Positions 1 through 8,603 of a stretch of DNA of 33,214 nucleotides are shown here, piece by piece (positions within the stretch are counted from its first letter, which is position 1; each line of letters opens with the position of its first letter). A model generated the notes under the pieces. The model saw nothing but the letters and a program-made list of their open reading frames with translations. It did not search any database and was not told the origin of the DNA. The translations under genes and the position numbers were made by a program. Source of the stretch: an uncultured Eubacteriales bacterium (GTDB lineage Bacteria > Bacillota > Clostridia > Lachnospirales > CAG-274); assembly GCA_902497185.1 (NCBI GenBank), contig CABVEG010000001.1:1-33214 (forward strand). Direction: 5' to 3'.

Positions 1-63
1 TTAAAAAGTTTAGTTTTTTTGACAGTCTGCAGCAGGCTTTACATTGGTAAAACCTGCTATTTT

Positions 64-1341
64 TTATCTAAACATAAGTTTCTGCATTATTACGGCATCG
101 TTAATATTCATTTTACCATCATTATTTACATCATTTAATGTACCCGAGCTAATGCCGCTTAATCTTTTCATCAAGTCAATTGTATCTGTTTGATCAATTA
201 CTGTATTATTATCAACATTTAACACATTGTAGCCATTTATACCAAAATCATTAAGATAATCCGTTGTTGATATTTCAGGCGCACAAAAACTCATCTGATA
301 CTTTATTGTATGATTCGGGCTTTTGTCATAACTTGACATATTTGTTGAGCCTGTAAGAAAATATCTGTATGAATCAATACTTGTATGGCTGTCAAACCAC
401 GTAGGGTCACAATGATAGAATTTACCGTCAATATCTATGAGATTCCATTTATGACCGGTTTCTGAGCCATTTTGTGTATAAAAGGTTTCTGTACACATTG
501 CTTTTATACCTGACCTATTGCAAAGTATTTTTAACGCTTCCGAATAGCCTTCGCAAACAGGCGCGTTTATGCCGTCCTTACCATATAAAAATGCTGATGT
601 AGGCAAGTATGCCCGCCTTGTTGCTCTATTATCCGAAAGATACTGATTGTACTCACAGTTATTCTTAAACCAGTTCATATAATAATTCAACTTTCCCCAT
701 TCCGTACTTCCATCAGGTACACTGCTTACTATTTCATCAACCTTTGTCATCATAGAGTTATAATCGGAACGAACCTCTTCTTCACTGGTGTAGCAATCAG
801 GGAAATAGGCATTACATCCGCTTTTAACACTTAATTTTATATAAAAGTCTTTAAGTGCACCTGTGCTTGGATAATATAAACCTGATTCACTGCCATAGTT
901 TGCAGTTATGTTATTAATATCAAGCCAGAAATACTGAGGTTTGTCAAAATATGTAAGCGCATATATAGGTCTGAAAACAAATGTAGAAACATCAACGCCC
1001 AATGTATCCCACACACTTTCCCATATGGCACTTGATGAGCTAAGTTTTTTATCAATATTAAGATCTGTTTTAAAAACATAAGTTACTGTACCATCCATTA
1101 ATTTTATGATATTCGTTTCCAAATCATCATAATACTTTTTTTCATATTCTGTAAGCTGGTCATAATAAATTTCTGTTTCAGCAACATTATCAGATAGGAG
1201 CATTATGCCAGAGCTTAGATTTTTAGCTTGGTCAAATGTTATTTCATTATCAGGCTGATCAATTATAATGCAGTCTTCGGCACCGTAGCAACATAATGAA
1301 AACAACATTGTAAAAAGTAAAGTTAAAAATATTTTTTTCAT
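64..1341 (-). CDS. secreted transglutaminase-like cysteine-protease-fold protein with C-terminal dockerin
   Basis: 425-aa ORF. Signal peptide MKKIFLTLLFTMLFSLCCYGA. Transglutaminase-core Cys/His/Asp motifs PVCEGYSEAL ... GHKWNLIDIDGKFYHCDPTW. C-terminal dockerin-type Ca-binding repeat DVNNDGKMNINDAVIMQKL. AAGGAG RBS lies inside the hisC 3' end. Confidence 0.75.
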   Translation of the reverse strand: MKKIFLTLLFTMLFSLCCYGAEDCIIIDQPDNEITFDQAKNLSSGIMLLSDNVAETEIYYDQLTEYEKKYYDDLETNIIKLMDGTVTYVFKTDLNIDKKLSSSSAIWESVWDTLGVDVSTFVFRPIYALTYFDKPQYFWLDINNITANYGSESGLYYPSTGALKDFYIKLSVKSGCNAYFPDCYTSEEEVRSDYNSMMTKVDEIVSSVPDGSTEWGKLNYYMNWFKNNCEYNQYLSDNRATRRAYLPTSAFLYGKDGINAPVCEGYSEALKILCNRSGIKAMCTETFYTQNGSETGHKWNLIDIDGKFYHCDPTWFDSHTSIDSYRYFLTGSTNMSSYDKSPNHTIKYQMSFCAPEISTTDYLNDFGINGYNVLNVDNNTVIDQTDTIDLMKRLSGISSGTLNDVNNDGKMNINDAVIMQKLMFR

Positions 1342-2403
1342 TTACTTATACTCCTTTATTGCTTTAATCAACGCCTCCATCTGTTCCTGTGTGCCTATGG
1401 TAATTCTTAAATACTCACTTATTCTTGGCTTATTAAAAAATCTGACAAAAATATTTTTTGATTTAAGGTAATTAAAAAGCTCTTTTGCACTTATATTTTT
1501 GTTTGTTGTAAATATAAAATTTGCCTTACTTGGAAGTGTTTCAAAGCCAAGCTTAGAAAGTTCCTGAACTGTCCATTTTCTTGCTGAAATAATTTTATTT
1601 ACACACTCATTAAAATACACCTTATCCCTTGCAGATGCAGCGCCTATTACCTGAGAAAGGGAATTAATGGTATAACTGTTAAAGCTGTTCTTTACAGCCT
1701 CAAGGGCATCTATAAGCTCACTGTTTGCCATAGCATAGCCAAGTCTTATTCCTGCCAATGCCCTTGACTTTGAATAAGTCTGTACTACAACAAGGTTGTC
1801 ATATTTATGTATAAGGTCAACGGCACTCTTACCGCCAAAATCAATATATGCCTCATCAACAATTACAATTACATCCTCATTATGCCTGATAATGTCTTCA
1901 ATTTCATTAAGCTCCATATATATTGAAGTTGGTGCGTTAGGATTTGTTATTACTATACCGCCATTTTCACCATAGTAATCCTCTTTTATAAATCTGAAAT
2001 TATTATCAAGAGGTACTCTTTTATAAGGTATGTTATAAAGATTACACCATACATCATAAAATGAGTAGGTTATATCAGGGAAAAGCACCGGTTTTTTTGA
2101 ATTAAAAAACGTCATAAAGCAAAGAGCAAGAACTTCATCTGAACCATTACCAAAAAACAGCTCCCTTTCATTTACAGGATAGCTTTCCATTAATGCTGAC
2201 TTTAAATCCCTGCATACAAAGCTTGGGTAAAGTCTTAAATCTCCTTTGTTATATTCCTCTATAGCCCTTTCCACACAGGGTGAAGGAGCATAAGGTGATT
2301 CATTTGTATTTAATTTTATTACATTTTTATTTTGCGGCTGCTCACCGGGAACATAAGGTTCAATATTTCTTATGTTTTGTTTCCATTTCTGCATTTTATT
2401 CAC
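1342..2403 (-). CDS. hisC: histidinol-phosphate aminotransferase
   Basis: 353 aa with class-II aminotransferase/HisC motifs: YVPGEQ, KLNTNESPY, GNGSDE, NPNAPT, DEAYIDF, and the PLP-lysine motif YSKSRALAGIRLGY. Confidence 0.9.
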   Translation of the reverse strand: MNKMQKWKQNIRNIEPYVPGEQPQNKNVIKLNTNESPYAPSPCVERAIEEYNKGDLRLYPSFVCRDLKSALMESYPVNERELFFGNGSDEVLALCFMTFFNSKKPVLFPDITYSFYDVWCNLYNIPYKRVPLDNNFRFIKEDYYGENGGIVITNPNAPTSIYMELNEIEDIIRHNEDVIVIVDEAYIDFGGKSAVDLIHKYDNLVVVQTYSKSRALAGIRLGYAMANSELIDALEAVKNSFNSYTINSLSQVIGAASARDKVYFNECVNKIISARKWTVQELSKLGFETLPSKANFIFTTNKNISAKELFNYLKSKNIFVRFFNKPRISEYLRITIGTQEQMEALIKAIKEYK

Positions 2404-2484
2404 CTCATAATTAATCTATTTTTCATAGTATAACATACTTTTTTACGATTTAACAGAGAAAATTAAAATTTAATGTAAATGCTA

Positions 2485-2513
2485 TTGACAAAAAATTAAA
2501 TAATTGTTAAAAT
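2485..2513 (+). promoter_or_regulatory. sigma-A type promoter for the marR-MATE operon
   Basis: TTGACA (2485-2490), 17-nt spacer, TAAAAT (2508-2513), about 30 nt upstream of the marR GTG start. Confidence 0.45.
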
Positions 2514-2546
2514 GTTTGATGGCTAACATATTAAAGGAGTGTTTTT

Positions 2547-2966
2547 GTGAGAAAAAAAATCGGAAGGAATATTCATATAGTTTCAAATAAAATAAACAGA
2601 AAAATGGATATGATTATGGGGCAATTTGATTGTACCCATTCTCAGTTTGCGCTTATGTTCTATATTCTTGAAAACAGTGACAGGGATGTTTTTCAACGTG
2701 ATATTGAAGAAGAGTTTGATATAAGACGCTCAAGCGTTTCTGCTGCACTTTCAAATTTAGAGGAAAAGGGCTATATTATGCGAAGCGCTGTTTCACAGGA
2801 TGCACGTCTTAAAAAAATAACAGTAACCTTAAAGGGAGAAAAAATTATAAATGATTCAAAGAAAGCAATAAATGAATTTGAGATGGAGTTAATGAATGCT
2901 CTTACCGACGAGGAAATATCTGTTTTCTTTAGAGTTCTTGATAAACTTTCAAGGGTAGCTGACTAG
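2547..2966 (+). CDS. MarR-family transcriptional regulator
   Basis: 139 aa. Winged-helix MarR pattern (QFALMFYILEN...QRDIEEEFDIRRSSVSAALSNLEEKGYIMR...DARLKKITVTLKG). GTG start with AAAGGAG RBS 6 nt upstream. Confidence 0.85.
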   Translation: MRKKIGRNIHIVSNKINRKMDMIMGQFDCTHSQFALMFYILENSDRDVFQRDIEEEFDIRRSSVSAALSNLEEKGYIMRSAVSQDARLKKITVTLKGEKIINDSKKAINEFEMELMNALTDEEISVFFRVLDKLSRVAD

Positions 2967-2997
2967 TTTAGCACATATACAAAAGGAGGTAATAAAT

Positions 2998-4407
2998 ATG
3001 GAAGTAACTATGAAAGAAAATAAAATGGCTTCTATGCCTGTAAATAAGCTGCTTATTTCTATGGCTTTGCCTATGATGATCTCTATGCTTGTTCAGGCAT
3101 TATATAATATTGTAGACAGTATATTTGTTGCAAAATACAGTTCTGCCTGTATGACGGCAATATCCCTTGTATTCCCTGTTCAATCTCTTATGATTGCAGG
3201 CGGTTCCGGCATTGGTGTAGGTATGAATGCCATTTTATCACGCCACTTAGGTGCAAGAGATCAGGAAGGTGTAAATAAAACCGCCTTTAACGGTATAGCC
3301 ATTTACACAATATGCTTTATAGTATTTGTTCTTGTGGGATTGTTTGGAGCTGAGCCTTTTATGAGAGCTCAGGCAAGCTCACAGGAAATTGCGGACGCAG
3401 GTGCTGTTTACCTGAAAATTGTGTGCTGTTTCAGTATTGGTATGTATACTCAATTCTGCTTTGAGCGAATGCTTCAATCAACAGGAAAGACTATTTATTC
3501 TATGATTACACAAATGACGGGTGCCATTGTTAATATTATTCTTGACCCCATATTAATATTTGGTCTTTTCGGAGCACCGGAAATGGGTATGGCAGGTGCT
3601 GCCATTGCAACAGTAATAGGACAGTGCGCCGCAGGTATTTTGGCTATATTTTTTAATTTTAAATTTAATCACGAAATTCAACTGAAAAAGATAAAGGGAT
3701 TTATACCAAGCAGTCATACAATGGGAAAAATTATGTATATTGGTATTCCATCAATAATTATGCAGTCTATTGGTTCAATAATGGTACTTGCAATTAACAC
3801 AATTTTTTCTCATATGAATATTGTGGATACTACTCTTGGACTTGTAGAAGCAAGAGATACTGCCATTGCAATATTCGGTATTTATTTTAAATTGCAAAGT
3901 TTTATATTTATGCCGGTATTTGGTCTTAATAATGGTATGGTACCTATTGTTGCCTTTAATCTTGGTGCTCAAAACAAGGACAGGCTTATTAAAACAATTA
4001 AGCTTAGCATATGCTATGCTTTCAGTCTGCTCTTGATTGGTACAATAATATTCCAGCTTATACCTGATAAGCTGCTTATGCTTTTTGCAAATGAAAGCAA
4101 TATTGACCACATACTTTCAATGGGTATACCTGCTTTAAGAACAATAAGCATTCACTTCCCGGTTGCAAGTTTCTGTATTATAAGTCTTTCAGTGTTCCAG
4201 GCTCTTGGCAACGGAATTCTTTCAATGATTGTTTCATTTTTAAGACAGCTTGTTGTACTTGTACCTGTTGCATTTTTACTTTCCCTTACACAGCACGTAA
4301 GCAATGTATGGTTCGCATTCCTTTTAGCTGAATGTATTTCATTTACACTTTGTGTATTTGCTTTCAGATATATATATAAAAAGGTTATAAAACCATTAGG
4401 CGCTTAA
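2998..4407 (+). CDS. MATE-family multidrug efflux transporter
   Basis: 469 aa, about 12 predicted TM helices, MATE N-terminal signature (PMMISMLVQALYNIVDSIFV). AGGAGG RBS 8 nt upstream. Directly downstream of marR. Confidence 0.9.
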   Translation: MEVTMKENKMASMPVNKLLISMALPMMISMLVQALYNIVDSIFVAKYSSACMTAISLVFPVQSLMIAGGSGIGVGMNAILSRHLGARDQEGVNKTAFNGIAIYTICFIVFVLVGLFGAEPFMRAQASSQEIADAGAVYLKIVCCFSIGMYTQFCFERMLQSTGKTIYSMITQMTGAIVNIILDPILIFGLFGAPEMGMAGAAIATVIGQCAAGILAIFFNFKFNHEIQLKKIKGFIPSSHTMGKIMYIGIPSIIMQSIGSIMVLAINTIFSHMNIVDTTLGLVEARDTAIAIFGIYFKLQSFIFMPVFGLNNGMVPIVAFNLGAQNKDRLIKTIKLSICYAFSLLLIGTIIFQLIPDKLLMLFANESNIDHILSMGIPALRTISIHFPVASFCIISLSVFQALGNGILSMIVSFLRQLVVLVPVAFLLSLTQHVSNVWFAFLLAECISFTLCVFAFRYIYKKVIKPLGA

Positions 4408-4415
4408 AAAAAGCA

Positions 4416-4462
4416 AAATTGCCCATATTGCCGAATAACCGACATTATGGGCAATTTCTTTT
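4416..4462. terminator. bidirectional hairpin between convergent MATE and ABC genes
   Basis: 12-bp perfect stem AAATTGCCCATA (4416-4427) / TATGGGCAATTT (4446-4457), flanked by an A-run upstream and a T-rich tract downstream. Confidence 0.6.
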
Positions 4463-6275
4463 ATATGGAATTACCTTCAAATTGCGTCATATAGAGCTCA
4501 TAATATCTACCCTTCCTATTAATAAGCTCATTATGATTACCTGTTTCAACAATCCTTCCCTTATCCATAACAACAATGAAATCCGCATCCTGAATAGTTG
4601 AAAGTCTGTGGGCAATAATAAGGCTTGTTCTCTCCTTCATAAGATTAACCATAGCATCCTGAATATTTTTTTCTGTTCTGGTATCAACACTTGAAGTAGC
4701 CTCATCCAAAATCAAAATTTTAGGGTCAGCAAGGAAAGCTCTGGCAATAGACAAAAGCTGTCTTTGTCCCTGAGATAAATTTTGTCCCCCCTCTGTCAAC
4801 ATAGTATCAAACTTATCAGGTAAATGTCTTATCATATTATAACAGTTGCTAAGTTCTGCTGCCTTAATCATTTCATCGTCATCAGCACTTAAATTAGAAT
4901 ATTTCAGATTATTTCTTATTGTATCAGAGAAAAGCACAGTATCCTGCAAAACAATGGCAGTGTTTTTTCTAAGAACATCAATAGCAATGTCCTTAATATT
5001 AACACCGTCAATTAAAATTTCGCCCCTGTCTATATCATAAAATCTCATAAGGAGATTAACAACTGTAGTTTTTCCACTGCCGGTGGCACCAACAAGAGCA
5101 ACCTTATGACCTGCCTTTACATCAAGGCTGAAATCATAAAGTACCTGCTTACCCTCAACATATGAAAAGTCTACATTCTTAAATGTAATTACACCCTTTG
5201 TCCCCTCCATATCAGCACTACCCTCTTTATTTTCACTTTCCTCATCTATAACAGCAAATATTCTTTCAGCACCTGCAATGGCTGTCTGAATCTGACCGTA
5301 AACCTGTGCAATTTCATTAATAGGTCTGCTAAACTGCTTTGCATAAACAATAAAAGCAGAAACAACGCCAATAGATATAATCCCCTTAACAGCAAAATAC
5401 CCACCGAAGGCAGCAATAATTACAAAACCAATATTACTTATTACATTCATAACAGGACCCATTGAACCGCTCCATATTTCAGCTATAATACCTGTCTTGG
5501 TTAGATTATCAGAGCTTTTTTCAAATTCCTTTATTACAGCCTCCTGTCTGTTATAAGCCACAACCGTTTTGTAGCCTATAATCTTTTCTTCAACAATACC
5601 GTTTAATTCACCTAATAAAACCTGTCTTTCAGTAAAAAATTTCTTCATTGCCTTTGAAAGATATTTGGTTACTACAACAGTTAATATAACAGTAGTACAG
5701 CTTAAAATAGCAAGCTGCCAACAGAAATAAATCATCATAAATACAGTACCCATAATAGTAAGCACACCTGAAACAAGAGAGCCTAATGACTGGGACACAG
5801 TATTTGAAATATTTTCAACATCATTGGTCATTCTGCTCATTATATCACCGTGAGGATGGCTGTCAATGTACTTAATAGGAAGATTAACTATTTTTTCAAA
5901 CAAATCTTCTCTCATTTTTTTTACAATTTTCTGACTTAATGTTGCACTTAATAAGTTCTGAAAAAGTGTTGAAACACTGTGTATAACATAAAGTATAATC
6001 ATCATTATTAATACAAAGGATATTTCATCATAACGTCCATCAGCAATAGTATCAATAGCACTGCTTTGAAGGCTGGGTGCAGTAACTGAACAAATTACAA
6101 CTACAATAACTGCAAGTATAAGAAACACAATAAGGTTAATTTCTCCGGAAAAATACTGTAAAAGTCTTGAAATTGTCTTTTTGCCCTCTTTCGGCTTTTC
6201 TACAGCATTATATTGTCTTGGTCCTCTCATTCCCGGAATTTTAATATTAATGTTTGCCTTATTTTCCTTACTCAT
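4461..6275 (-). CDS. ABC exporter, fused permease/ATPase subunit (heterodimer partner 2)
   Basis: 604 aa. N-terminal 6-TM exporter domain. Walker A GATGSGKTT, signature LSQGQRQ, Walker B ILILDEATS. Overlaps the upstream ABC gene by 8 nt. Confidence 0.9.
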   Translation of the reverse strand: MSKENKANINIKIPGMRGPRQYNAVEKPKEGKKTISRLLQYFSGEINLIVFLILAVIVVVICSVTAPSLQSSAIDTIADGRYDEISFVLIMMIILYVIHSVSTLFQNLLSATLSQKIVKKMREDLFEKIVNLPIKYIDSHPHGDIMSRMTNDVENISNTVSQSLGSLVSGVLTIMGTVFMMIYFCWQLAILSCTTVILTVVVTKYLSKAMKKFFTERQVLLGELNGIVEEKIIGYKTVVAYNRQEAVIKEFEKSSDNLTKTGIIAEIWSGSMGPVMNVISNIGFVIIAAFGGYFAVKGIISIGVVSAFIVYAKQFSRPINEIAQVYGQIQTAIAGAERIFAVIDEESENKEGSADMEGTKGVITFKNVDFSYVEGKQVLYDFSLDVKAGHKVALVGATGSGKTTVVNLLMRFYDIDRGEILIDGVNIKDIAIDVLRKNTAIVLQDTVLFSDTIRNNLKYSNLSADDDEMIKAAELSNCYNMIRHLPDKFDTMLTEGGQNLSQGQRQLLSIARAFLADPKILILDEATSSVDTRTEKNIQDAMVNLMKERTSLIIAHRLSTIQDADFIVVMDKGRIVETGNHNELINRKGRYYELYMTQFEGNSI

Positions 6276-8010
6276 TTATTTTTCCTCCCTTTTTAAGCTG
6301 AGAATTATAAATGTCCTGATAAATTTCACAACTTTCCAAAAGTTTTTTATGACTGTCACAGGCAACAATTTTTCCATTGTCAATTATTGCAATTCTGTCA
6401 GCTCCCTTAACGGATGCTATTCTTTGGGCAATAATTATTTTGGTTACATTATCATAGTCACTTCTAAGCGACTTGTAAAGCTTTGCCTCAGTTTTAAGGT
6501 CAAGAGCACTTGTAGTGTCATCAAAAATAATTATTTCAGATTTTTTAATAAGTGCTCTTGCAATAGCTATTCTCTGTTTTTGTCCTCCTGAAAGGCTCAT
6601 ACCTTTTTCAGCAACCATAGTATCAAAGCCCTCACTCTTTGCCTCAATAAATTCCAATGCCTGTGCCTGCTCGGCGGCAGTATAAACCTCATTGTTGTCT
6701 GCATCAGGATTACCCCATAAAATATTTTCCTTAATACTTGATGTAAAAAGTTCACTTTTCTGCAATGCAAAAGCTACCTTACTTCTTAATTCAAACAATT
6801 TATAATCTCGTACATCTATACCGTCAACAAGTACACTGCCTTCTGTAGCATCATAAAATCTTGGAATCAAATTAACAAGGCTTGACTTTCCACTTCCTGT
6901 AGCTCCTAAAATACCTAGAGTTTCTCCCGAATTTACAGTAAGGCTCACATTGTCAAGTACAAGTTCACCATTTCCCTGAGGATATGCAAAGGAAACGTTT
7001 TTAAACTCAATTTTACCCTTAATATTTGTATTTCCATCAAAGCTACCATCATTAATTACAGGCTCTGTGTTAAGTATTTCATTTAATCTGTCCGCAGATG
7101 CCTTACCTCTGGATACTGTTTGGAAAATCATAGCAAGCATCATAACAGAATGATTAATTCTGGATAAATATGTAATGGCAGCCATTATACTTCCCGGAGT
7201 TGTGGCACCTATTTGAGAATCCATAGCTCCTATCTTAATTATAATTACAAGTACAATATTTAAAACAATATTTGCAAGGGGAGTCATATAAGCAAAAATT
7301 TTCAAAACACTTAGCTGAGTATCTACAAGTTCGTTATTGGCTTTGCCAAATCTGTTTTCTTCATACTCCTCTTTAACATAGGCTTTTACAACTCTTGCAC
7401 CGGAAACATTTTCCTGAACAACACTGTTAACCCTATCGAGTTTTTTCTGTAAAACATCAAAAAAAGGTGTAGCCTTGCTTATGAAAAACAAAACTCCCAA
7501 AAGTACAAAGGGCAAAGAACAGCCAAGTACTACACCAAATTTTAAATCCAAAGCTGCTACACAATAAATACCCCCTACAAATAAAAGTATAGTTCTTACA
7601 AAACCTCGCACTACCTGAGTTGCAAAATTTTGTACCTGGGTAACATCATTTGTTATTCTTGTTACAAGAGAGCCTGTTGAAAATTTATCTGTCTGCTCAA
7701 AAGAAAACCTCATAACTCTTTCAAAACAAGCCTTTCTTATTTCATTGCCCCAGTTTTGGCTAAACATATTGGCAAATACTCCTGAAAGCACACCTGAAAT
7801 ACCACCTAATATTACAACTCCTATCATAGCAATTCCCATAGATATTATTAATTTAAGGTCGCCAACACCATTATTGTTAAGTCCCAAAACACCATTATCA
7901 ACAATAACCTTCATCATATTAGGCTGAATTAAATCCATTAAAACTTCACCAAACATAAATAAAGGTGCTATAATCCCGAATATCCAATATTTTTTCAATA
8001 ACTTTATCAT
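6268..8010 (-). CDS. ABC exporter, fused permease/ATPase subunit (heterodimer partner 1)
   Basis: 580 aa. TM domain plus Walker A GATGSGKSS, signature LSGGQKQR, Walker B IIIFDDTTS. 4-nt ATGA overlap with the upstream marR. Confidence 0.9.
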   Translation of the reverse strand: MIKLLKKYWIFGIIAPLFMFGEVLMDLIQPNMMKVIVDNGVLGLNNNGVGDLKLIISMGIAMIGVVILGGISGVLSGVFANMFSQNWGNEIRKACFERVMRFSFEQTDKFSTGSLVTRITNDVTQVQNFATQVVRGFVRTILLFVGGIYCVAALDLKFGVVLGCSLPFVLLGVLFFISKATPFFDVLQKKLDRVNSVVQENVSGARVVKAYVKEEYEENRFGKANNELVDTQLSVLKIFAYMTPLANIVLNIVLVIIIKIGAMDSQIGATTPGSIMAAITYLSRINHSVMMLAMIFQTVSRGKASADRLNEILNTEPVINDGSFDGNTNIKGKIEFKNVSFAYPQGNGELVLDNVSLTVNSGETLGILGATGSGKSSLVNLIPRFYDATEGSVLVDGIDVRDYKLFELRSKVAFALQKSELFTSSIKENILWGNPDADNNEVYTAAEQAQALEFIEAKSEGFDTMVAEKGMSLSGGQKQRIAIARALIKKSEIIIFDDTTSALDLKTEAKLYKSLRSDYDNVTKIIIAQRIASVKGADRIAIIDNGKIVACDSHKKLLESCEIYQDIYNSQLKKGGKINE

Positions 8011-8450
8011 TGTTTTTCCTCCTTTCTGTGATTGAAAAGAGAACTGTCAAATTTACTTTCCCAATCTTTAAAAACCTTGTTAAGTAATGTCTGAAGCTGT
8101 ATCTGTTCTTCACTGCTAAGAGAAGTAAAAAGCACCTTTTCCTGTTCTCTGTTTACTTCCATTTGGCTTTCAAGAAATTTACTGCCCTCATCGGTAAGAA
8201 TAATGTTAATTTTTCGCTTATCTTCATTATCCCTTTTCTTTATAATAAAGCCTTGATTTTCAAGCTTTTTTACAGTTTCACTTACTGAACCTGATTTTAG
8301 TGTAAGTATTTCAAGAAGCTCCTTTTGGGTTATTTGCCCTCTTTCCTTTATTAATTTAAGTATTCTAATCTGACCTCTTTTACCTCCACGACGGTGATAA
8401 AGGAAGTGACCGCATTTTTCCATAATATGTAGTAGTTCCCTGTTTTCCAT
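8007..8450 (-). CDS. MarR-family transcriptional regulator (first gene of the ABC exporter operon)
   Basis: 147 aa. MarR winged-helix core (ILKLIKERGQITQKELLEILTLKSGSVSETVKKLENQGFIIKKRDNEDKRKINIILTDEG). Confidence 0.85.
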   Translation of the reverse strand: MENRELLHIMEKCGHFLYHRRGGKRGQIRILKLIKERGQITQKELLEILTLKSGSVSETVKKLENQGFIIKKRDNEDKRKINIILTDEGSKFLESQMEVNREQEKVLFTSLSSEEQIQLQTLLNKVFKDWESKFDSSLFNHRKEEKQ

Positions 8451-8470
8451 AATTTCCTCCGTAAAAAAGT

Positions 8471-8520
8471 TAGGTACCTTGATATTATAGCATTGCTAAA
8501 TATATTTGTCAAGGTACCTA
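8471..8520 (-). promoter_or_regulatory. consensus sigma-A promoter bracketed by a 12-bp inverted repeat (putative MarR operator)
   Basis: On the minus strand: TTGACA (8507-8512), 17 nt, TATAAT (8484-8489). Flanked by TAGGTACCTTGA (8471-8482) and TCAAGGTACCTA (8509-8520). Confidence 0.6.
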
Positions 8521-8560
8521 GAGAAATATGTTAGGGTTTATATTACTTAAGAAGTAAGAT

Positions 8561-8603
8561 AAATTAATGTTTATTTCACCTTTTGTGAAATAAACATTAA
8601 TTT
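8561..8603. repeat. 43-nt AT-rich hairpin repeat, copy 1
   Basis: 19-bp stem AAATTAATGTTTATTTCAC / GTGAAATAAACATTAATTT. Its reverse complement matches 33073-33115 at 42 of 43 positions. Confidence 0.85.

Noticed and set aside
44-54. Short exact matches between distant sites: ATTGGTAAAAC at 44-54 and 33204-33214; TTACCAATTTTGC at ~8927-8939 versus the reverse complement of the window end
   Set aside because: Matches of 11-13 nt are expected many times by chance in 33 kb of AT-rich DNA. Not used as evidence on their own.
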